A stretch of DNA of 64,000 nucleotides from Octopus bimaculoides (taxonomy: Eukaryota): contig NC_068989.1 in the NCBI RefSeq assembly GCF_001194135.2, positions 1,101,846 through 1,165,845 of the forward strand. The letters are read 5' to 3'. The notes under the pieces are model-generated. The model did not search any database and was not told the DNA's origin. It saw only the letters and a program-made list of their open reading frames with translations. A program made the position numbers and the translations under genes. Positions 11,930-20,509 of the stretch are shown here, piece after piece (the stretch's first letter is position 1; the number at the start of each line of letters is the position of its first letter).

Positions 11930-14900
11930 TATTGCTTTGTATCCATGTTGGCACGAGTTGGATGCTAACGTCCCTCTCCATTTATCACAGTCCCATACAC
12001 ATAACAAGAAAGCATCAATGTTTGTTGCTTCTTCTGTCACAATTAGATGTTCTTCTTATCATTAACCACTTTGGATCTTATGATATGTGCTAAAAGCTGT
12101 TATGTTTAAATATTTTTTCTGTTTCAGTGTCCATCTGAATTTACCTACCTCTGCCGCTACCTCATGTTAGGTGGAAAGTCTTGTGATAGCCAGCCAAGCG
12201 CATCTGTTGATACTCAATCAGGATTATCTATTCCTCGCAAAGTAGAAGAAACTCAACGAACTGAACATTTTGTTCGATTCTGTGTACCTGAGATTTTACC
12301 AATCACCCGGTTCTGGCTGCAGGAATTAGCTACAGCAATCGATGGACCTCCTTCTCTCAAGAGTCAAGTAGGTCACCCCAAATCACATCTTCAACTCATA
12401 CATAGATTCATTAAGTCATACGTGTGTGTTCTGCTTTTAATTATCCAAATTCTTCCTCCGAAGAAGGAGCTGGTTTCTTACAAAGATACAAAACTCCATC
12501 ATTGGAATGTTGATAACTAAAGCAGTCTCATTTTAAACTTAAGAAAAGTCTTGCATATTTTCACTGTTCCACTTACAGATTGTATGTGTAATGTGAGAGT
12601 CAGTTGGTTGATTTCTTTTTCTGAAAACCCTAGCTTATCCAGATTGGCACTTAGGCATTTACTTACAATACGAAGGGCACCAATTTTTATTGGTATAAAT
12701 GGGAATTTAAAATCTGGATACATTATTTACAATTGACGGATATTTGTTCTCATCTTGTTTGTTGTTAACACAACGTTTCAGCTGATATACCCTCCAGCCT
12801 TCATCAGGTGTCTTCGGGAAATTTCGAACCTGGGTTCTGATTCCTAAGGTATTTTTTGATATTATTATTATTATTCAGGTCACTGCCTGGAATCGAACTC
12901 AGAATCTTGGGGTTAGTAGCCTACGCTCTTAACCTCTACGCCATATGCCTGTGGGAAAGTATATCAGCCAAAAACGTTGTGTTAACAACAAACAAGATGA
13001 CGACAAATATCCCTCAAATGTAAAGTGTGTTTTCTTACTAATGCGGTTATTTTATTTGATTTTATTTTTCAGTATTTACTTCCTTCAAGTTTTTTTTTCC
13101 ATCCACCAAGGCTTGTGGAACTTCCTGATCAATACTACAAAATATTCCAGGAGTACCGCAACAAAACCTGTATGATTTGTAACAAAATTCCTCGAGATCC
13201 AACGATATGTTTAATATGTGCAGAGTTTCTCTGCTTCCGAGAAGCTTGCTGTGAACATGAATCAGTCCGAGAATGCGTACAGGTCAGCACTTTCTACTTG
13301 AAGCTTATTGCACTTGTTTTATTTGTGAAGTTCTGTTAAATTTTTGATGAAACTTTTGTGAACCTAGTTTGTAGCATGAAATAGTTAAAAGAGGAATTTT
13401 ATGTTGGAGAAGATGTTAGTTTTCTGTAATGTAATTTGTCCCAAATTGTTGTTTTATGTGATATTCAGCTGTAAAATATAATATGGTATATTTATTCTTG
13501 TATAATATACACTTGTCTATAGTGTCAATCTGTAAATATGGACAGTCAATTCTGCTGATGCCATGTAAAAAGCACCCAGTCCACACTCTGGTTGGCATTA
13601 GGAAGGGCATCCAGCCATAGAAACCAAGCCAAAACAGACTATGGAACCTGGTGCAGCTCCTGTCAAATCATCCAAACCATGCCAGCTTGGAAAATGGATG
13701 ATGATGATGGTGAATTCTTCGGAAACTATTTTGTATACTATTCTCCTCTAAGCTCTCTGAATGCACATATAGATTGCAATTAGTGCACAAAAGTTTAATC
13801 ATTATTATAATTAATAATTCTGTTCTGTGTGCATAACAATGTCTGCATACACTGACTGCTAAAACTTAACATTGCTCTCTTCTGTAATAGAGAGAGTGAC
13901 TTGTCTTTGGTGCTGTGAGGGATGGCAGAAAAGACTTTACTCTGAGTTCTTGTGATTGTTCTATCAAATATACAGAATGGTTTCCCACATCTTCAACAAA
14001 ATAAAAAAACAAAATCAAAAGCTGGTTGAACCTGGAGACTTGCTGGAAGTTTATGACCTCAAAGTAGTGAAAGAGCTTATGTCCAAATTCCAGCATTTTC
14101 CTTGCTGTTAAACCTGTGTACCTTTTGAGAATCCAACCATAGAATAAAAACAAAATCTAATAATATTTGCCAAATGTGATGCTTGTTGTGTAAAGTGGGA
14201 TTTGTTGTTTCAATTTCTTGTCTAGCATTCAATAACTTGTGGGGCTGGAACGGGTGTGTTTCTGTTGGTAAACTCAAGCATAGTAGTTGTGATCCGTGGC
14301 CAGAGAGCAGCACTTTGGGGATCAGTCTATCTCGACAAACATGGCGAAGAAGATGAAGAACTGAGGTGAGTCAACTTTATTACCAATTCCATTCTCTCAG
14401 GCTTTTTGCATTCGCAATTGATGTCTGTTTTTCCTTTCTTTTATTTATTTTGATATTTTTCTTCACTTTTTAAAAAAAATACAGTTGTTTCTGGTAGGTA
14501 CTGTAACTTTTTAGGGCTTGTTCGAGATTTTAAAAGACAAAAACAGCCGACGACAGACATCTCTCTCTCTCTCTCTCTCTCTCATTAGGAGTTCAACAGT
14601 GTAAACTGTCAAAAGGTCGGCCTGTGACCATTTCCTTGTCATTGCAGTCACTTCTAGAAGTGGACTATGCCTGTCCAGGATACAGTACAGCCTGGGGTTG
14701 TATTAATCTTTGAGCAACTAGGTCGGCTGACGCTGTTTTACTTTTTTTGATTTCAGGCAAAAGATGAGGTTAGATCTCTCTTAAACTGAAGAAATAATTC
14801 CAATTCTTTGTCTGACCATTTTAATGGGGATGTCTTGGATTGGATGAATTTTGGTAGATTTAAAAAAAACAAACAACTTTTATTTGGGTTAATTTTTTAA

Positions 14901-16035
14901 TCATTTAATGAAAATATCAAAAAGCGGAGCAACTCCAGCATCAAGATCTAACCTCATCTTTTGCTTTAAATCAAAAAAATAAACCAATTTTTGCAGAGAG
15001 AACTAAAATATATCAGCCAATGATATGGCTTGTATGACCTGCTGGAAATAGTAGCCAAATCTCCCTCAAATCAAGCCCTACCAACTTAAGAAAGGGAAGA
15101 TTCTTTGATAGTGTGATCTTAGTAATCATAGATGTACTTAAAGATGGGATTGTCATGAGTGGAATGTCTTTGATTTCTGGGTTTTTGAATCAGAGTTGGC
15201 CTGGAAGTAAAACAACAATTAGAAATATTGCTGGTTTATTTGGAACTGACCAGATGTGAATAATATGAAAGAAATAAGAATTCAGTTGTTGTGTCAGCAT
15301 TATTTATTGAACCTCTTTCTCTCTCTCACATACACCATATGAAGGAATAAAATCTTTGAGTACTTTCCAGCAATGGTTTATCTAAATATGCAAATATTCT
15401 ATGCCACCTACCCATGTACAAATGTTGTACAGATCTACAGAGATCTAATATTGATCTCTACAGTGATTATTTCATCTTTATTTCAACAAGTACAGTCAGG
15501 TCTAAACTTCGCTGAAGAAGTCTCATATGACTGAAACATATCCAGTGTTGTCTCCCTTACTTGTTGAAACAAAATATATTAATTACTGAGCTAATGTTGT
15601 CTTTTCCTCTTTGCATGATTATTTCTAATTAGTTTTTTTTTTATCCTGATTATGTTAATGCTAACTTAATAAATTGTTAAAGAACATAATGTCTTCTCCT
15701 TCACCATTTTACAAAAAGGAAGGACACATTGGATTATGAGGTCCTTATTAGTATTTGATTGCAAAACAAAAAGGCAAAACAGTCTCTGCTGGAATCACTT
15801 GGATCATTGATCTGCTCATTTCGGCCTGAGCTGTAATTCTTGCCCTGTCATTTGTATTTTCTTGTCTTGAAACTAAAACAACTAACCAGGATGTGTCTTT
15901 GTTTCCCTTTCCGGCAGACGTGGGAAGCCTCTCTACCTCAGTGAAGAACGTTATCAGCTTTTGGAGCAGCAATGGCGAACACACAACTTTGACCATGCTT
16001 GCAAACAGTGGATCTGGCACAAGAATAACTTATGA
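446..16035 (+). CDS. UBR3: E3 ubiquitin-protein ligase UBR3, 3' part of gene (17 exons in window; 5' end lies upstream)
   Basis: join(446 or 464..932,1800..1891,2143..2280,2731..2864,3845..3955,4592..4792,5158..5279,6242..6324,6698..6809,7984..8078,8788..8906,10191..10286,11655..11780,12128..12367,13073..13282,14226..14365,15918..16035). All introns are GT-AG and phases are consistent. UBR3-type motifs: ARERRQKLMAEFASKQKAFME, RING-H2 (CAICSQ / [21 protein letters not shown] / CPVCRQLAN), RTNLELEL, CGAGTGVFLL, WGSVYLDKHGEED, RRGKPLYLSEERYQLLEQQW, stop TGA 16033-16035. Confidence 0.95.
1800..1891 (+). CDS. UBR3: UBR3 exon
   Basis: ttttatcag acceptor; RKKARERRQKLMAEFASKQKAFMEQAMDMD; donor gtaaat. 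Confidence 0.95.
2143..2280 (+). CDS. UBR3: UBR3 exon (RING-H2 start)
   Basis: FHCAICSQTMPSTSERPFGIVVLL; donor gtaagt. Confidence 0.93.
2638..2706. repeat. Short tandem repeat TATTTTGTTTATA x~5
   Basis: Directly visible just upstream of the 2731 acceptor. Confidence 0.85.
2731..2864 (+). CDS. UBR3: UBR3 exon
   Basis: VLGHCPSQEQRRHLP...LLMKYYSE; donor gtaagt. Confidence 0.9.
2925..3204 (+). mobile_element. Dispersed retroposon family C with RTE-like (TGA)n tail, representative copy
   Basis: GTTGGCATTAGGAAGGGCATCCAGC.GTAGAAAC..CCAACCCATGC.AGCATGGAAA.CGGACGTTAAA(TGA)n. Other copies near 7120-7330(+), 10462-10780(-), 13555-13710(+), 18014-18200(-), 36790-36978(+), 37610-37850(-), 40005-40090(+), 47183-47900(-, several), 48548-48600(-), 58480-58745(+), 59170-59370(+), 60960-61195(-), 63362-63555(+). 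Confidence 0.85.
3845..3955 (+). CDS. UBR3: UBR3 exon (RING-H2 middle)
   Basis: [29 protein letters not shown]; donor gtaagt. Confidence 0.95.
4045..4413 (+). mobile_element. tRNA-derived SINE family B (octopus OR-like), representative copy
   Basis: GGCATGGCTG.GTGGTAAG..GGTTCAGTCCCACTG..AAAGCCTTGTGAGTGGATTTGGTAGA.GGAAACTGAAAGAAGCC, with an internal (TG)n. Other copies near 7625-7770(-), 17437-17580(-), 33238-33500(+), 53128-53300(+), 53450-53790(-), 54470-54770(+), 56590-56750(-), 57968-58308(-). Confidence 0.85.
4443..4500. repeat. 11-bp tandem repeat AAACGAATGCT x~5
   Basis: Directly visible. Confidence 0.85.
4592..4792 (+). CDS. UBR3: UBR3 exon (RING-H2 end)
   Basis: GEYWCPVCRQLANAVIP; 201 nt, phase 0-0; donor gtaagt. 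Confidence 0.95.
5158..5279 (+). CDS. UBR3: UBR3 exon
   Basis: LFLAQKCSLIDELTSATHPMY...FTCSIVR; donor gtaaca. Confidence 0.85.
6242..6324 (+). CDS. UBR3: UBR3 exon
   Basis: RTNLELELLGYGGQLF; donor gtaagt. Confidence 0.9.
6458..6678 (+). mobile_element. tRNA-derived SINE family A (octopus OK-like), representative copy
   Basis: GGCAAGCTGGCAGAA..GTTAGC..CTGAGTTCAAATTCC..GACTTTGCCTTTCATCC..GAAAGGA(TTA)n. Other copies near 5573-5768(+), 8133-8360(+), 17600-17730(+), 18215-18355(-), 19983-20190(+), 34580-34770(-), 40548-40722(+), 42953-43168(-), 43430-43580(-), 51455-51690(-), 51750-51890(-), 62853-63072(+), 63078-63272(+). Confidence 0.85.
6698..6809 (+). CDS. UBR3: UBR3 exon
   Basis: PLFRMLSYTCKTLPPVPQTDLWKLITG; phases 1-2; donor gtaagt. 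Confidence 0.85.
7984..8078 (+). CDS. UBR3: UBR3 exon
   Basis: VPILLRDPVALLLNFLLQLP; donor gtaagt. Confidence 0.9.
8361..8609 (-). mobile_element. 5'-truncated Dong/R4-type non-LTR retrotransposon 3' end
   Basis: Minus frame VDRYDRLAWEVKQLWSMKKVAEVPIIVGALGVV, then after a deletion/frameshift IRVDHLQKTALLGTAR; (TAA)n on both sides. Confidence 0.75.
8788..8906 (+). CDS. UBR3: UBR3 exon
   Basis: HFSYVVNSLYNMAYIQAL; donor gtaagt. Confidence 0.9.
9886..10134. repeat. Minisatellite, ~17-18 bp unit GGCTCCCCCCATTGGTT, about 14 copies
   Basis: Directly visible; copies at the 3' end are the most homogeneous. Confidence 0.9.
10191..10286 (+). CDS. UBR3: UBR3 exon
   Basis: DSLQEVSGMMSHVITRLQLSQLYDE; 96 nt; donor gtaagt. 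Confidence 0.85.
11240..11575. repeat. Diverged tandem duplication, ~180-bp unit x2
   Basis: AGCAATGATACAG..ACAGGGCC..GGAAATGTGAGGAAGAGAAGAGAT..AAAAGTTTTCTTGTTA occurs at about 11250-11395 and 11430-11567. Confidence 0.75.
11655..11780 (+). CDS. UBR3: UBR3 exon
   Basis: WSPDSVESVLQSYLLPYLRIAALLQRHLFDEEFP; 126 nt. Confidence 0.93.
12128..12367 (+). CDS. UBR3: UBR3 exon
   Basis: SEFTYLCRYLML...RFWLQEL; 240 nt, phase 0-0; donor gtaggt. Confidence 0.87.
12420..12725 (-). mobile_element. 3' fragment of a restriction-like-endonuclease (RLE) non-LTR retrotransposon (R4/NeSL-like)
   Basis: ORF 12517-12723: FIPIKIGALRIVSKCLSANLDKLGF...LHIQSVSGTVKICKTFLKFK, resembling the PxxxGALG...GT C-terminus of RLE elements. 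Confidence 0.6.
12726..13024 (-). mobile_element. Non-autonomous retroelement: tRNA-like head + (AAT)n + hammerhead ribozyme + inverted copy of its own 3' end (Penelope-type end structure)
   Basis: Minus strand: A-box TGGCGTAGAGG (12943-12933), B-box GTTCGATTC (12898-12890), (AAT)5 at 12875-12861, hammerhead at 12812-12767. 12959-13024 is an inverted copy of 12726-12790. Confidence 0.8.
12767..12812 (-). ncRNA. Minimal type I hammerhead ribozyme (Penelope-associated type)
   Basis: GACAC-CUGAUGA-A-GGCUG-gaggguauau-CAGCU-GAA-ACGU-U-GUGUU. Stem I is 5 bp, stem II 5 bp, stem III is the loopless palindrome ACGU; predicted cut between 12772 and 12771. Confidence 0.8.
13073..13282 (+). CDS. UBR3: UBR3 exon (C-terminal Cys-rich domain)
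   Basis: PPRLVELPDQYYKIFQEYRNKTCMICNKIPRDPTICLICAEFLC; 210 nt. Confidence 0.95.
14226..14365 (+). CDS. UBR3: UBR3 exon
   Basis: HSITCGAGTGVFLLVNSS...WGSVYLDKHGEEDEEL; donor gtgagt. Confidence 0.95.
14742..14979. repeat. 36-bp inverted repeat pair (MITE-like)
   Basis: 14742-14777 vs 14944-14979, 34/36 match, 166-bp spacer. Confidence 0.8.
15040..15215 (+). repeat. Unclassified dispersed repeat family E
   Basis: GCT.GAAATAGCAGCCAAATCTCCCTCAAATCA..GGATGGTCATGGCTGGAATG.CTTTG..(ACA)n. Copies near 9745-9830(-), 25560-25740(+), 28910-29090(+), 35015-35090(-), 43870-43980(+), 51150-51215(+), 56410-56480(+). Confidence 0.65.
15918..16035 (+). CDS. UBR3: UBR3 last coding exon
   Basis: RGKPLYLSEERYQLLEQQWRTHNFDHACKQWIWHKNNL*. 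Confidence 0.95.
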
Positions 16036-16083
16036 CCTGGACTTAAACTGCTCTAGCAGTTGCTGCCTTTGCTCACCATTACA

Positions 16084-16853
16084 ACAACAATAATAATAAT
16101 AATGATGATGAAGATGATGATGATGATGTTAGTGTTGCTGTTGTTGTTGTTTTCTTCAGTTATTTTTTTGTTATTGTTCTCTCTCTCTCTTCCCCATCAA
16201 TTTTATTCTCTCTTCTCCATCTTTGGAACCCTTCTAACAAAGACTATTTCTATTACCACTGGTGCTGTTCTTGTTATTATCGTTGCTGTCCTCTCCAGTC
16301 ATGACCCTCCACCTCTAATACCCCCCCTCCCCTGTAAATTCTCTCCCCCTCACACCTTACCTCACGTCATTGAAATATGACTGCTGTTGTTGTTGTTGTT
16401 GTTGTTGTTGTTACCTGTTTACTGTGATGTTGGGAACTTCATGGCAAGGTGAGGCTGCTCTGCCTGTTGGACGTAAGAACGCAGAAAGACGAGGACTGTG
16501 TGAAGATCCGAGAGAGAGAGAGAGACGGAGGGAGGGAGACAGGGTGTGTGGGTGTGTGTGTCAATGTATATAGGAGAAAATGAAATGTCTGTTGTATACG
16601 TAAATGTGTGTTTGTGTATGTATGTACAATACTGTATGTGTTTGTGTATCTGGTGTGTGTGTGTGTATTTTTATCTCTCCATTTACTCTCTCTCTTAAGT
16701 TTTTCGATTTTTTTTAAAAAACGGTTCCTCCTACCCTTGTTATTCTCCAATCTCCCACTTCACCTCATTTCTCACATTCTTTTTTTTCCTTTCCGAATTC
16801 CATCTCCCATATTTGTCTCTCTGTCTCTCTCCCTACACACACANNNNNNNNNN

Positions 16854-16896
<43 letters not shown>

Positions 16897-17218
16897 CTTC
16901 CTTTCCCAGTCTTCATTTTTTTTCTTTTCCTTTTGTTTTCCTTTCATCTTCATTTATACCTCCCCCTCCTCCTCCTTTTCGGCTTTCTAAGAGCATTCAT
17001 ACTTTCTTGTTCTTATGTAGCAAATGTGTTAAAAATATATAAATTTTTTTAAACAGCACCAAAAGACAAGCGCAACAACAACAGTAGCAGCCACCACAAC
17101 AACAACAACAACAACAACAAATATGCCACTGAATTTCTTTGAACTTGTATTTTAGCCAAACTGTATATTAAATCTATTAAAAGAACAAAAAATATTGTTT
17201 CTTCTTCACAATAAAATC

Positions 17219-17240
<22 letters not shown>
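16084..17240. repeat. Microsatellite-rich region downstream of UBR3 stop (likely 3' UTR): ACA/ATA/ATG/GTT/CA/AAT runs
   Basis: Directly visible; AATAAA at 17210-17215 is a candidate poly(A) signal. Confidence 0.6.
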
Positions 17241-17249
<9 letters not shown>

Positions 17250-20200
17250 GAGATGAAATGCCTCTTGCTTACTTTTCTTCACTTTATCTCTGTCACTCTT
17301 TTGTCTCCTGTCTGCCTGTGGTGTTTGCATGTCCACAAAACTTGCAAGCTATGGAATATGACAATATGAGAGTTAACATACAAGGAAATAGTAGAGTTCA
17401 AGATCAGAAGTTATTTTGGAAATATATAAATGTATGACAGGCTTCTTTCAGTTTCCATCTACCAAATCCACTCACAAAGCTTTGGTCAGCCCAAGGCTAT
17501 ATAGTAAAAGACACTTGACCAACTGAACAACGAAACCATGTGACTGGGGAGCAAACTTCTTACCACACAGCCTTGCCTGTGTCTATGTTCTAGTTTCAAA
17601 TCATGCAGAAGTCAGCTTTACCTTTCATCCTTCTGGGGGTCAAAGTGCACTAATCAAGAACTGGGATCAATTTAATTGATTAATCCCTCCTCATCAATTT
17701 GTGAGCCTTATGCCTATCTCAGAAATTACTATGTGGGTAGTGATAGTATCTAAAGGGAAGTAATGGCTTTCATCTTTTTTCCATGGTCTTGGTGGGGGAA
17801 GTAAATCCAATTGCAACTGGGATTTGATCCTGGAACGGAGAATCAGCTCATGAAAAATTTACCAGTTGCTGCTGTGACAACTGACAATGATTGTTGGGGA
17901 AAGGTATAATAATTGATTGAATAGACCCAAGTATATTACTGTCAAGATATAAATTGTTGACTCTTAAAGGAGATGAATAATAATAATAATAATAACCCTT
18001 TCTAGTAGATGTACATCATCATCGTTAAACGTCTGCTTTCCATACTGGCATGGGTTGGACAGTTTGACTGAAAACTGGTAAGCTGGGGGGGGCCACCAGG
18101 TTCCCGTCTGATTTGGCAAGGTTTCTACAGCTGGATGCTCTTCTTAATGCCAACCACTCGGAGAATGTGATGGGCGCCATTGACCTGACACTGGCATCGG
18201 TCTCACTTGCGTAACTGGTACTTATTTTCTCGGCCCCCGAAAGGATAAAAGGCAAAGTCGACCTTGGCGGAATTTGAACTCAGAATGTAAAGCCTGTGAG
18301 TATTTTGTCCGGCATTGCTAACGATTCTGCCAGCTAATTGCCTCAATAATAATAATAAACGATTGATGGACATTCCCGTCGAAGATGATTATTTGAGAGT
18401 TCAGTTTTTGCTGAACGACCTACACAAATGAATTGCTTATTGCAATCAAATGTATGAGCTGTACATTACTTCCTCCATCAAATTGATATTACCTGTACAG
18501 GTGCACAAGTGTGCCCCATATCAAGTGTTTTAAAATAATTGTAGAACAACGTGAAATAAAGTGTTTTGTTCAAGAACACAACACACTGCTCAGTATGGGA
18601 ATCGAACCCATGATCTAGCGATCGTGAGTGCAATACCCAAACCACTAAGCCATGCACCTTCCTTAAAAAATTTCCACCCTTGTAAATGTTTTTTTTTCTT
18701 TCTTTTTCTACCTGATTTTATTTGATTTTGTAAATGAACAACCTGGTGTATTTATTTCCATGGCCTATCAATGTCTACAGTGATAAGTCATTAAAATGGG
18801 TGTCAGGAAGAGACTCGAAGAGAAATGAAAACAAAATTGAAAGAAGAAAAAGAAAAACAATAATAATTCTTTCTTTATTGGCCTCAAGGTCCGTGCACAA
18901 AAACAAAGGACAATACAACACAAAGGGCAGTGGAGGTTTACAAATAGTGCATGGGAGTTATAATTTGTGCTTGGCAGACGCTTAGAAATCCTCACTCGTC
19001 TGTCTAATTACTAAAGCATAATGAGCTATTAAAGTATTGCTCCCACCTATTTGATAAAACCTTTTCCATATAACTAACTTGCCTTGATTCAACAAATGAT
19101 TTACTGGTTTGTCCAACAGTCATTTTGCAAAGAAGGGAGCCGTGTCTGGATGAATTACTTTGGTGTTAGGCTTATCTCTCATTGTTGGTGTCCTGCTACA
19201 TATTTACCCAACACACTTAAACCTCATCTTGCTCACACTACTGTTTAAAAGTTGGTTGCCTGGGTTAATACAGTGCAATTTATGTTTTGCTAATTTCCAG
19301 TGGTAAGCTCTTATAGAAAACCATGCAATAAACTTACATTTTAGGCAATTATAAAATACTTCTCAGTTTTTTTGTTTTTTTTGCTTTGGAAAGTGGGATA
19401 AACTCTGATGACTTCTGGTGATATCAAAGAACAATAAATGTAAAAATTTTCAGAGATTTACTTCAAAAATATTCTTGTTTTTACATTTCTGTTGACTAAG
19501 ATTGAGTGACAAAGATCAGAGAATGTTAAATCACCACGAAGCTTCTTAACAACATGAAGAAACAACAGGTTTAGTTCATTGGACATCATATGAGAAGAAA
19601 ACAGCTTTGAACATTTGGTGAAGACCAGGGAACTGAAAGGAAGAAGAAACCAAAGGGGGGAGAGAGATGATGCTCTGACTAACTGGCTGGTGTGTGCCGA
19701 TGAGTTGTGTATGGAGCAGGAAGATTCTTGGTGACTGAAGCCTGTTGGAATGACACAAAGAGTCAGTGAGATTTAGCAGAGAATCTGGAGTTAGAGACTA
19801 TTTGCTTCTTACTGAGATATGCCTGGTTGATGTTCAGCCTTGAAACAACTCTGGTGAAACAGATCTTTGATCAAGGAGATTTGGCTGTCGTTTTTAACCG
19901 ATCAAGTGATCATGCAGAGACTCTCTATCACTGGTTCAACAGATTTGTAGCATAAAGAGATTGTGTAATGTTCTCAAGAATAGGCAAGCTGGCAGAAACG
20001 TTAGCACGCCAAGTGAAATGCTTAGTGGTATTTCGTCTGTCTTTACGTTCTGAGTTCAAATTCCACTGAGGTCGATTTTGCCTTTCATCTTTTGGAGTCG
20101 ATAAATTAAGTACCAGTTGTGTACTGGGATCGATCTACTGCCTCCCCTCCCCCAAAATGTTGGGCCTTGTGCCTAGAGTTGAAAAGAATGTTCTCCAGAA

Positions 20201-20428
20201 TAACTAAAAATGGTCTGAGTGAAAGGAATTGGCTTCAAGAATGAACTTAACTCTGTTGCCAATTTGCTGCAAGTCTGACCCTCAAAATACTATTTGCTTT
20301 TTCCATTTCCAATATTTTTTCATGTTATTACCTCCTTGAGTATTTCCAGTTGAGTTGACCTTCAAAATATTCTACTTTATAATGTGACATAAAGATACCA
20401 ATTCCTATTTAAATAAAGAATTGTAAAA

Positions 20429-20509
20429 CTATTTATTTTCCATCAGACTAAGTGTTTTGATTGTTTCTTGTTCTGCTAATTTTTGGTAACCATCAATCTC
20501 TTCAAGGAT
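20429..20509 (-). CDS. FTCD: FTCD exon 14 (last coding)
   Basis: ttttttcccag acceptor; [26 protein letters not shown]; phase 0 and length fit the expected terminal helix. Confidence 0.85.
   Translation of the reverse strand: MLEEIDGYQKLAEQETIKTLSLMENK

Noticed and set aside
12876-12953. tRNA-like sequence as a real tRNA gene
   Set aside because: A/B boxes are present but the acceptor and anticodon stems do not pair properly; it is the head of a retroposon. The same applies to the heads of SINE families A, B and D.
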